Below are positions 10,609-23,100 of a stretch of DNA of 64,000 bases, piece by piece; the stretch's first letter is position 1, and every line of letters begins with the position of its first letter. The position numbers were made by a program, and so were the translations under genes. Source of the stretch: Iphione sp. A-MEVVRFRX5 (Eukaryota); assembly GCA_976226885.1 (NCBI GenBank), contig OZ320313.1, positions 123,442,001 to 123,506,000 on the forward strand, in the 5' to 3' direction. Below the pieces are notes generated by a model. That model was given only the letters and a program-made list of their open reading frames with translations. It was not told where the DNA came from and made no database searches.

Positions 10609-13600
10609 AGCACTTGACTCATCTACATCCCAATTGCAATTAACTAAGGCTTCTTTTAGTTTTGGATAACTATATTGTCGGTCATCCCTTACCTATTGTT
10701 CCGAGATAATATGTTTCCGTTTAATTTTCTTAAAATATAAATACGAAGTGACCAAGTCATAACCTCTGCGTTCGCTTCTTCCTCTCACTATGAAATGAAA
10801 ATATAAAAGCCTGACCTGCCATTCTAAACAAACAGAAACCGAGCCAGTTGACATTTTTTTTTATAACGCAAAATGTAGCCGCATTATTTTCATATTGACA
10901 TTGTCGAGCTGCATCGCCACTCTTTCTCATATTGTGACGGACTGTCTCACATTACAAGATGTGTATTACAGTGTAGTTTTGTATGCATCTTTTTTTTTAT
11001 CAGATTTTAATCGACATTGAAGAAGACATTGTCGGATCCCAGAGTGCGTATCATCCTACCTCACAAACACGTCCTTACATAAGCACCATCTTCCTCAGGT
11101 CATGCCCCACCGGACGTCACGTTTCTGACCAGGCCTGAACTTCCCCTCAGTCCTTTCCTGCCAGGAAAAAAGAGTAGCTCTGGCCAACGCATCCTGCTCG
11201 TCCGGTCGAAAACCTGATTAAGTGTTGTGCTTCCTTTACCCACGTACAGACACAGAACTCTCCACGAGGGCGCTCGGTCACTCGCCGGACGCCGCAGTGA
11301 CCGACATATAACCCTAATGCATTTGTCTTATATGTCCACTTGGCCGTCGGACCTTAGTACCGAGCAGTGTCCGACGGCTACATCACGCTTTGGTGAACTG
11401 CACGCTGTCACGAAGACCTCAAGAGCAGGTCGATGAGAGGTTGGGACTTTCCGAACGAGAGGTTCATCCACAGAATTCTCTCCTGTTCTTTTGTACAAAG
11501 CGACATTCTGCTGTACATTCCACCAGCCTTCTTCTCCCTTTGGATGATCAAATAGATTATGCTCCTCCTAAGGGTCTTCGGTGTACCGTCCACGCTTGGC
11601 CGTACACGGTTAGCATCGTTCCTTATCACACGACAGTATCTGCATGTTTCTAGATTTTGCTTGTGTTGCTTGGCTGCGTATCACGACCGATAAGGCAAAA
11701 AGGTTGCCGCTTCTTCTGTGGTTATACTGATTCTTACATCGCTATCACATGTGCCACTGGTCATCCCTCCTCTATCTTCCAGCTTGATTTGTGATTTCCT
11801 AGTCCTCCAGACGGAATATACGCAAAAGAAACATTTATGAAACGTGATAGCAACACTTATATCTATGTAGTGCTGTACCTTCATAGCTATTGCAGTTCTG
11901 TTTGATACCAAGTGATTCTACCTGGAGTGGTGATGCGTTGGAATAGTGAAGGATGTAGATTAAAGTATTGCATTCTGTTCATAGGTCGTGGGAAATACGT
12001 GAGATAACTGCAATAAACAGGTGCTGAAATAGAAAAGGGTCTCGTTGCACACATAAAAGGTTATATTCCAAGATCGGAATAGTGAAGTGTTGGAAGACCA
12101 AAGTTTCACTACATGTACATTAATTCATTTCACACTTTAAAGGTAATATTCCAAGATCGGGCAAGGATCTGTAAAAGTAGTAGAGAGCTAATAGACGCTG
12201 GTCTAGGACGGACGCAAATGCACACACATGTACTCTTATGAGTCAAAAACGGATAAAAAAAATGAGGCGAAGCATCTCCAACAAACTTGATTCTTCAAAC
12301 GGCAGTGGTCGGCTTTGGACACATCTGCATATGCAATAGTTGTTCATTAGTATCTGACGTTGGCCACCTTACTATATTTGCACTCGTGTACGAGTGCGTG
12401 TCATTCTTCTGAAATAATGAGAAGCGTTTCTTACTTTGTCAGGATTTCAGTCGAGTAAATAATTCTCACACAAGTAATTAAAACATAATTTAACCCCCTT
12501 CTCTTGTTGCATACCCCTTACCCCTTGAACGGTATTGTAAGCATTTTAAGAAGCAGAGAAGTTTTGAATAGTTCATTTCTGAACGAGGGGAAGTCAACTT
12601 AGTGTTGATCCCAAAATATCCTTTTAATCAAGTACTCATCCAATTCGTTGAGGATTGAGTCAGATCAAATACTCATTGTGGTAACGCCTGTCGTCAATTC
12701 TTTGGTTGGCACCGCTGGATTTGGGGATTGGATGTCATTCACCATCGGGTGAAGAACACCATCTTTGCGTAGTTCAGTAACCATATACGTACTGTGTCCA
12801 CAAAACCGTTTACTTCTCATCGAGGTTTGGGGTTGTTTTCTCGTACAGTCGGCTCTGACCTTTATGTCCTTCTTTTTTGTCATTTGTATTAAATCTTCCC
12901 TGTAATGGAGGCGTCGTAACATGAGCTACATCTTGTTAGAACTTGTTCACCGCGTTTCTCTTTTTTTCCTTCTGGTAATCACTATGATTCTGCAACTTTG
13001 TCTTGGAACCTGACTGCGATTTAGGAGACTTACGCTCAATGCGGAGGGCTTCTGAAGGCAAATATCGGCTGCACGAAGAAGCCACTTCGATTTCTAACAC
13101 GGAAGAACGCACTTTTTCCATCAAAACGTCGTCTGTTCCGATTGAAACAAAAGCGATTATGACAGGGCTGCCTTCTCGAATAACAAAGTGACACGTGTCT
13201 AAAGTACAATTTTGACTGCCCACGGATTCCTTTACTGTTGGACCACACACAGACATTTGAATAAGTTATACGCTCAAAAATAACCCTGTTTGAGGCGAAC
13301 AACGTCCCATTCTAATGGATTTTGCATTGAAAAAAATCCCTGATTTGAACTTTGATTTGAATAGCTGGTAATGAACTATCATGCGCACATTGTCGGGCCA
13401 TCGAGCCGATGTAGTGACAGCAGCTTGGGGACGACTGTTGCAGCTCATATTTCTGAGCAAAACGCACCCACCCGAACGAACGCAGCGTCCCGAATGCTCC
13501 CGTAGTAAGTGAGCACTCTACTAACGCGAAGGACTTCTATTATAAAACTGTTGTCTCCTAGAGAACCGTTTTGCCCTGCCACTTGCGAGTCTGTGGCTCA

Positions 13601-15044
13601 GCCAACCCAATTCTTTGTCCTCTCCCTTGAGTTTCGAGTGACTTCCAATCCGTTTGCCACTGGGAATTCATAGCGTGTGAGTAGTCGGGCAACAAGGTGA
13701 TCGCTGAGGCTGCTACTGTTGCCTGCTCATGGCGTGGCACGGATGACTGGGTGTGTTGTGGGCATTGGGATGGGGAAGCCATCGTCATCTTGTCAGACCT
13801 CTGTGGTTACGGTACGTTTATGGTAAATAAAATCATCAGCAAGTTCTACACATCACAATCCCATATTTAGACGCAACATACTTTAATTTCTAATCTAAAT
13901 TAGAAATTCATAAAAGATCTTGTCGTTATAATATGATACAAACTTGAAATTCACTACCAATACAAATCAAAATAAGATTTATTTAAAAGCTATCAGTATA
14001 TAAACGAAAGCTACAAAGATTTTTTCTAAGATAAACAAAGAAAACTGGAAAGTGCCATGATTTTGGTATTGCTTGTTACCTTTTCTAGTAAAAACGACCT
14101 CAGAATTATATCAACATATTAGGTACAGATCACACTGTAGGAGTGAATCCCTATATGAAGGTTTAAACAATAGTGATTATAGCATTTTACATGATCTACT
14201 TAAAACGGTAAATGTCACAGGTACGTTGCCACAATCATTGGGGGATGTGCAATATTGCACCTACTAGCCTGCCCTAGTCATTGTTTCGCCATGTTAGATT
14301 TTATCTGGTTATCCATACATTCTATTTTTCCCCTTTTCAAATCTGTTCCTGTTATAAATCTACTTTTCTCTTACTGAACCCTGTTTAAATCTTCTAACTT
14401 TATTCGCTTTCATCATGATGTAATGTCTCTCAATATTGATGTAAAATAAACTAGAAGAGGTCTATTGTAACTTGTACTGGATTTGTATGGCGCCCAGCCT
14501 ACTCCAGTTTCCAGTGTGAAATATATGCTATAAAAAATGGGCAATTAACATTACATGTATATAATTATAAACCACTTGACCATTTGGAATGTTATATATT
14601 TGTTCACACAACACACATGATAGACGTCATGATAGACTTTAAGCTCATGTCCAAATATACATAGTTTTTCCAGGTATAGTTTTGTATTCAATCTTCAAAA
14701 CCTTTTCATACATTCCTCTTTCAGGTGAGTGAATAATACCCTTTTCAATGGAGACGACATTTAAGGTACAGTGTGTTTTCCTTGCTTGTTATCCGACATT
14801 TGAATTTGTAAATGATGAATGGCAGCATTTTTATTTCTGTTGTGCCTGTCGAATCGAATTAGAAATGTTCACCTAAATGTTTTAAAGCCCAGCCTATTTT
14901 CTACCACCAGAAATGATTCAACATTAACTATACAGGTGCCGCAATGCACAGGACCTGCCCTCTTGTGTACAGCTGTGCTTCATCATCTCCGCCAGGAGTC
15001 GATGCCTATGAATTTAAACTTGGGTTTGGGCTGGTTTTGTAGGT

Positions 15045-15120
15045 GATGTGGTGGTGGTGGCAGTGTAGGTGGTGGTGGCGGTGGCGGCGGTGGTGGGGTT
15101 GGTTTGGGTGGTGGTGGCGT
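15045..15120. repeat. (GGT/GGC)n trinucleotide low-complexity tract
   Basis: Visible GGTGGTGG/GGCGGT iterations; these explain the poly-Pro and poly-Trp ORFs here. Confidence 0.8.
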
Positions 15121-16299
15121 CCACTGGCGCAGATACCTTATGTATTGACTGTAATATGGAGGTGGGTGCTTTGTTGCTTGTCGGGGGTCACTGCCCATTT
15201 AAAGAAACCGTGTAAACATAGAGCTACACATCACAGCAACGTCTGCTAAGGAAATGAAGAGTGTTTTTTTCGGTCACGAATTCAAGGCACGTCAACACAG
15301 ACAGGTTGCTTCTTAAAGATTCCTGTAGCATCTCTGTCTTAAGGCGCCACGCCGCCTCTTTCCTAAGTGATAAAGTTGCCTCGACTATGCGATAGGTTGT
15401 CTAGATGACTTTATATCCCCATCCCCTCCGACATATGCATCAACTTCCGTCGCCCGTATGCAGCTTCGCAACCTGCTACGGAAAATAATGTACCGGTACA
15501 GATTCCTCTTGACGGTTACCATGGAGACGGCGAATTTACCCACGCCTGTCTTTAGAAATTTACTTATGAGCGGACTAAAAGCGTATTTGCAAGGGGAAGA
15601 GGTCATTTTCCGTCATTTTCTTTGTCGGTGAGGCCGGAGAATATTTGTCGGTAAGGACACTAAGAGTGGCCGGTAATTTCCTCCTTGGAAGGCCCCGCTG
15701 GCAGGCAGGGAAATTGAAATGTTTAGTGGGGTTTCTGTACTGTTGCTACCGCCAGATGTCAGGGCGGCGCCTGCTGAATGACCTTGTCCTTGAGGACCGG
15801 TACGTCGAGTCGGAGGGCAACCGTCAGCACATCAGACGTTTGTCTTGTTCGTCTTAAGAGCATTTCCTAGAAACGTCGTCTTATACCACTTTGATATAAT
15901 CGACCACACAGGGAGGCGAGTTCTTTTGAATAGATTGCGTGCAAAGCAGCTGAGAGATGACAAAATTGTGTATACTGGGAAAAATGAAGTAGTGCAAGGC
16001 GAAAGACTCTCAGACCCAAATTCTAGAGGGAAAAAGGCATACAATAAAGAGAGATCTTCTAGTCTCCAAGTTAGTTCCGTGGCCAAAGGTATCCGTCACA
16101 CAAAAAAGGATTAGATTAGCAGCTTTTAAGAAAATGTGCGTGGGACATCAGCAAGTAAATCTAGCTCTTGAAATCTGACACTAATTGCGTCATTGTCACT
16201 GTGCGCGGTCAGGTCACCCGTTGGCCATGCTCTTTGTAGGTCAGGTTAAGGCCGAATACCCATGTTTGCGTTGTGCACATTCAAAGCATGTGTTCGAGT

Positions 16300-16655
16300 T
16301 ATCCATTTCTGGAACAAATGAGGAGCATTCTTCCATATGTTTTCTGTGTCAGTCTGAGATGTACCCGACAAGTATCTGGCACACACCCGGAACATCAGGG
16401 ATGGTTTTCAAGTGAAACAAACAATGTAGTAGAATAATTACACTTTGTATGACGCATTCAGGTTGTTTAACATTGATAGACTTCTCCATTGCCGGAACAA
16501 ATCAGGAGCATTCCTCTCTATGTTGTCGATGTCAGTTTGAGATGTACCTCACAAGTATCTGGCATGCACCCGTAACATCAGGGATTGTTTTCAAATGAAA
16601 CAAACAATATAGTAGATTAATTACACTTTGTATGACTCATTCGGATTGTTTGAAA
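16300..16655. repeat. Diverged tandem duplication, 183-bp period, 2 copies
   Basis: GGAACAAAT at 16311 and 16494; TTACACTTTG at 16438 and 16621; colinear with scattered substitutions. Confidence 0.9.
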
Positions 16656-19600
16656 TCGAGGGATTCCTCGTTAACAACAATTTTACAGTTTACATAGCAG
16701 ATAAGCTAAGCTAAGGTAAGCTTTCACCGTGTCATGGTCCTCCATATTCCATCACTTACCAGGGTTCACACGCACAAAGAATGTCCTTTTGTCACATAAT
16801 GCTCGTGTCAGTGCCAAGTTCAAAGCACGATTTAATTAAACATTCAGATGAAAGACCGCTGTCGCCCCTTGCTGACACTTAGGAAATTCATCTGTTTGTA
16901 TCAGTTCTTTCGATTGGCTCCCCTAGGCTAGGTGTGGGTTGAACGAACCCTCCATTATCGCCCGCTACTTCCGCCGCCCATGTGACAGGCCCAATTCCTG
17001 TCGACAATGGGCAGACGCTGCAAGGATCCGTCACTGTCGGTCGCCCGGGAGTCCTCCCAGTCTCCGCGCCCTCGACCCCTCCCCTCCACCCACCCCCCGC
17101 AACCGACCTGGCCCCTGTCTGTATCACCTGGCAGAGGTCATGGGGGCCTGGATGGGGGAGTCCGGGGGGGCAGGGGGCACATGGACCATGACCCCAGAAG
17201 ATGGGCTTGTCATGTGACCGTGACAGTTGGCCGCCGGAGAGGGCCGACAAAAGGGGAGGTCCAAAGTATAGATTACACAGGCAGCGAGTCGCCAACTACG
17301 ATGGCAACTGCCTTGGTCAGTGCCATTGGACGTGCGCCGGAAGAAATGGAGAACTTAGAGTTAATAAACACACATGTGTATTGATGCGAACGTAAGCCTG
17401 CTATGATCAATACGTAATAACCGCGTTGGAAGCCTAAGACTGCAAATCCTATTCACATCGCAATGGTGTTTTGATGCGGTTATGATGCCGAAATATTGAA
17501 AAATTGTATTGTCATATGTGTGGGTCACAGCATTGCTATTCTCCCGTATATGTTATGTGTAATCTATAAGTCCAATAACATCCATTCCAATGTACAAATA
17601 CTTGAAAGACGTGTATTGGAAACGACTGCAAAACAGGCTGTTTAAACCCAGTTGCCATGCTAACTTACACTGCACTGGGAGGTCTAAATCTCTTCAACTG
17701 TACAATGTGTCGCCCTAGGTATGAAGACAATGGAACCTTTAGGGGGGATATAATTCCCAAGGTAGCCAGTGGGGTAGAATAGGCATCAGTCTAGCCGTAT
17801 GGCGTGTACATTGGAAGTGTGATAACCGTCACCAGTGGAGGAGGAGCAGTAAAAGCCACCTTGGTGTATGGAATATGCATGAGCAGGTCATTGTTCTATG
17901 AGGCAATCCGAGCAGCTCTAATGGGAGTTAGGGTGGGGCCAGGCCCCCGTTGGCCGGTGGCCAGGCGGTCTCCGCCTGGCCTCTGGCCCTTGGACAGACC
18001 GGGGCAGTCATGCTCAAATTATTGTATTTCCTTCAAGTGATTTCCCGTCATCCACGTCAATCTTTCTCCACTTTTCCGTCTGTCAATCTGGCTGAGGGTG
18101 CGGCCTTGTACTGACCTCATTCTCTACAAAGATCTACAGCTATCCATCGCCTGTGTGCCTTCCGACCTGACCATGTTGTCCTCGTTGTCCGGGTCTACTG
18201 TCCGACCATTCCCTCCTTCTGACCAATTACCCAGTAATCCGTCCACCACTATTCCTATCTATATAACCATGTTCCTAGATATAAACGAAGTTCTGACTAT
18301 GAATGTACCACGCATGGTTATAGATGAGCCTTAACAGGACTATATATATGCGCCCGACATCCATAACTTTGTGTATAACTGGCCGTAATGTATATCTCGA
18401 GATTGGTCTCTAGGACATAGTGACTAAATGGGATGGCAGACACTCGAAACTTTCCAAGACGATAACATGAGTTTCCATTCATGGTAGCAATGGAGAAACA
18501 ATGCTGTTCTTCGAATGTAAACACCCCAAACCTAAAAAACAAACAAAAGCGTTACCATAAACAAGGACAATGTCATGTTATTTCATCGAATCCTTTCCAC
18601 ACAAGGGGAGACGTGTACTTTCTGCCACACTTCCGACCGAGAGAAATTTCTCGCCTGCGAATAACCACCGATTTCCACCCTTATTTTCACTCGTTTTTCA
18701 GGCAATGAATCAGACGCAATCATCGGTTCCTGAGAGCTGGAAACATCACACCCAAATCAAAATGTCATTACAGGGAGAGAGGTGGGATTTTTAGGCCCAC
18801 AGGCTAATTGCATTTGGCAAATTCTTGGTTCGGGTTGCCTCTTCAGGCCTTCTAATATTGACAAATTGTTTTGTGTACTTTTGTTGACAGAAAATATCCC
18901 CGAGTCGTATGCATATCATTCCGGCATTGTATTGGGCGCAAAGAGATGTATAACTGATGTATACATATATATTTGCCAGAAATCCATTAAGTAGTGTCTT
19001 TTTAACATAAACGTGACAGATAACTTCAAAACACAATGTAATTGCACCTGTAATAAAGCATTTCAAGCATTGATTGAAATTGTGGTCTCATTATCTATAC
19101 TTGGCTAACTGAGATATCTTGCCCTTTATTTTGTAAAATCAGGATGACCGAACTCCTATCTTGCACTATGAAGGTAAACTACTATCCGTGACCATACAGA
19201 AACTGAGACAACAGGACAGCCTGGAGAAATATCCCAATTGCTTATACTACTTACATTATCAATTCTTTAAAAAGGTGCCGACGTAATTGGTTTGACTTAG
19301 TTTATCAGAACTAAGCAACAATTCTGTCTTCCTTTTACAAAAATATAATATGTGACTTTCGCAATGTGCAGAGCAACAAAATTGAATATTATCTATCTTA
19401 TATGCATTCTTATTTGTTTAAATGGAATATCACGTACAACCTACATATTAACAATTAGATCGCTAAAAGCCATCCCGCCCTACTGAAACTGAAAAAGCGG
19501 AATGGAAATATCGCGTTTTAAATGATAAAGCTAGTGCGTTTCTATAAACCAAGAGACATACATGATGAGTTGAATATGTATCATAGGTATAGCCATTGTG

Positions 19601-20079
19601 CCTTTATACATGTTAAAACATATATATGAACTAACCATATATTCATCTCCCCAAATCAAGTTTCTCTCACGTAGTATATGTGATTGTATAATATGTACAT
19701 GTAGATCAACATATATTTCATGTATGCATGCAGTTATCTTTTTCTTGTCTTCCTCTCTCTCAATCTCTGTTCATAAGGTCTCTCATGCCCTTTCTTCTAC
19801 TGTTGTCGTCTTTTTTTCAACAAGTCTCTCCGACCATGATATATGATCGATATTTTTATTTATTCTTTAACCTAAACTCAAAGAATACACATCTAAAAAG
19901 CCTGTAAGTACATTTGGTAATGTTGGTTATCAGTGCCAATTTTCTTGTCACAAATACCATATTGTTGGCCTCTGCCATAATGAAGACGACATAAGTTGAG
20001 GAAGATGATGTTTATTGCTGAAGAGCTTCGACACAACTGACAACGAATCCAACAAACAACGCATTTATATAGTAAATGT

Positions 20080-20157
20080 AAACCCTCCGCAGTATAATGA
20101 AAACCCTCCGCTGTATACCCTCCGCACCCTCCGCTCCTAGGCGTAATGGCCCTCCGC
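20080..20157. repeat. Short CCCTCCGC repeat cluster (5 copies)
   Basis: CCCTCCGC at 20083, 20104, 20118, 20127 and 20150. Confidence 0.75.
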
Positions 20158-23100
20158 TTCCCCCCCCCCCCCGTCGCTACAATATTTTGATCGATGTAGA
20201 CAATCCTGGAGGTCTTATTATGCATCAATTTAACTTCAGTGTTTGATACTAGAGGAGAGTACATGTTCCCAGTGCGATAGTTTCCCTCAGTGAGGCGTTG
20301 AGTACTATCAGTAAGACATGCTCTCATTGGAATTGTTTCTCTGTCAGAAGACGCATTTAATCTGTAAGTGGCAGCAATAAGTAAACATTATTCAGCTCCA
20401 TTCGACCATTGCCATTTTCGTAAAAATTATAAGTATTTGTAGGATATCAATACGTACCCGGGCGACCTTAATTATTAGTTTTGCATATCATTCACGGACT
20501 AGAAGAAAGCTGGACTGCTTAGTGTTAATATTATGTATTGACCTATGAAGAAGAGATAAATCATAATTATTAATTAAAAGGCATGTGTTTGAACTGCACT
20601 ACGTGTGCAGCTTTTTTACATGTATATATGAGTATCCTGCATACATGTTTTGGTAAACAGAATGATATTTCGTTTAGTTTTATTAGCCTGTCTCTATAAA
20701 AGTAATTGAAGTATCTCTTTTACCTTAATGCCAGTGAAAATACCAGTTGCTCTGATGCCCTCTAGCCTAATCCATTTTATTTTATTATAAAGGAAGACAT
20801 ACTAAACCACCATCAGATGCTATGTAACACCCTGTTACATAGAGTAAACCCTCTCTTGGCAGGACCCTCCTTGATTTCCAGGAAAAGCGTCCCCATTTAG
20901 GGGGTGTTCTCAGCTATGAGAGATACAGAAGCTATAGGTAGTCTTGGGTCCAAAAAACACCTGCCCCAGTTAAAGAGGTGACACTTGTCCTGGGGTGGCC
21001 ATGGTGCCAGGGTAGATGAAACACGTTTCAGAACTCTGAGCATGATTTCTATAGTGTCTAATATGCAAAATTGATATTTTAACCGTCAAGATCTAGTGGG
21101 AAATATTTATTAGTACTTTGACATCTTTCCGTCTTTTTTGCGGCAAGTACAGTTGATTTGAGTATGGAGTGGGTCAGAGATCTGTACGTTGTCGCACCTT
21201 TGGATGCGATAAGGTAGCCAGTGATTTAAGTTGTATAACTAGTACATGTACCAACATTCAAGAAAAGTAAACATCTGAGAACATACATCCAAAAACTATA
21301 TTCTTCATTGCAATAACTATATTTATGAGAAATTTAGAGCACAAAGGAAACCCGTCTCTGCACGTCTGTATGCTTCCCTATATGTCCCAACCTTCTCCCA
21401 ACCGAAAACCGACATTTTGTTAAGAAACCTCTTATTTGATGCGGAGCATATTGAATTATCCACATTTCAATGATATTTCTGCATACATTTTTGTAGTCGG
21501 TACCACTATCCCTGCGGGAACAACGACTGTTCTTGTAGAACAGAGCGGCACTGTAACGAAATTCCGGGTCTTGTACATTTGAAGACCCAAGAAACTTCAC
21601 ATTTAACCAGTCGCCGCAAGGAATTGACTTACTAAAGGGACTTCTAAACGTTTTATGCTACCAGTATCTCATAAGTATACCAGTACACATATTGTGTATG
21701 GTATATCCTCTGAAGACGGGTGGCATCACTTCTATATGAACAACTAACCAATACACCATATTGCTATTACCCTGCCCCCATTTGTTAATACCTCTCCGAA
21801 TGCGACCTTTGGTGTTTTCAATTTACTCACAGTTTTAAAACCTTGTCTGAATGCGTAACGTATGTTAGTAAAAAGCCTAAGAAAAAAAAGCCTGAGAAAG
21901 CCTAACTGTACAAGCACCTAATTCAATCCCGCCATCACAATAGGTTATCAGATTAAGCTTAAAACGTGTCATATTAAGGGACATGTTTTAGAGACGTTGC
22001 AATTCCGTCGCATAATCCAATACTGGCTTGAAAATTCGCGTATTTATGTATGTGATACCTGTGCTCAATAAAATTTGTTGCATTGAATTGAATAATGTGA
22101 CAGTGTCCTCGGTGTAGTATGCTCTCTGTTCTCTCAGCTGCGCCAATACACATGAGTACATATCGGTTTTGCATTTGCTTGTTGCTTGCTGTCGCCCGTT
22201 AGTCTCGGGTGTCAGGAGTCTGCTGCCTGTGGGCATCTCAACTGTAAATTGAGCGTCACTTGTCAGCTAACATGGGGAGAGGAGCATGGGCCTCGCGAGG
22301 TTTCTCCTCTTGGAAATAACGAGCGGAGAGAGGCAGAGTGGGCGTGAGAAAGGGCCGGGATGTAGCTGGGGCGGACTGTAACAGGATTAGGGTTGTGTGT
22401 AAACAGCCATATGTCTACTTCGAAAAAATACTATACCTCCAAACTCTTCATTCTCAACATATCCCGAAGGTGTCTCTCGTTACAAATTCACAATACGGCA
22501 TATCTTCATATCTACCCGTGTCTGCAAGGGGTTAGTTTGTACCTCTAGGCATTTTGTAGTTCATATCTTTAAAATCTTTCGGCTTTCCGTTCTCGACAAT
22601 ATCTTGAATATGTCTCTTTTTACACGTTCACTATAGATCATTAATATGTGTTTTGTATTTTGATATGTTGTACTTAATAATTGTTTTTTATTTGGCACTC
22701 GTGTCCACTCCCTCCCTCTATGTATATTTGCTTACTTGAAAAACATTTGAATGTTGCTCAGAATTTAAATTTTACTCAAAAGCTTGGCTTTATGTTCATT
22801 ATTTACGTTGTATGTTGTAGGAAAAGTAGATAGATATATTAGAAGGATATACCTGAACATATATTTTCTACGTAATAGACATGTAAGTGATAGTTTGAAG
22901 GAACGGAATCACATCGGCCGACCTCCATATTAATTACGATCAATGTAATAGTGACTATGCAAATGCAACAATAATACAATGTTACAGTTTTCTTTCATTC
23001 CTCCTCCTCTAGAAGATGATATCATATGCTCTAAACGAGTACTAAGTATTCATTACGTGAGGAGGAGGTTCTAAATGAAAGGGAAATTATAATGTGGTAA

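Larger units (their letters stand above)
8490..10770 (-). mobile_element. 5'-truncated CR1-group (L2/Crack/Daphne-like) LINE copy
   Basis: Contains the RT reading frame, a short 3' UTR and an AATAAA followed by a (TTGAA)-like tail (minus strand of 8491-8527). The 5' end stops at about the APE/linker boundary. Confidence 0.88.

Noticed and set aside
14983-15249. Poly-Pro and poly-Trp ORFs
   Set aside because: Artefacts of the (GGT)n tract.
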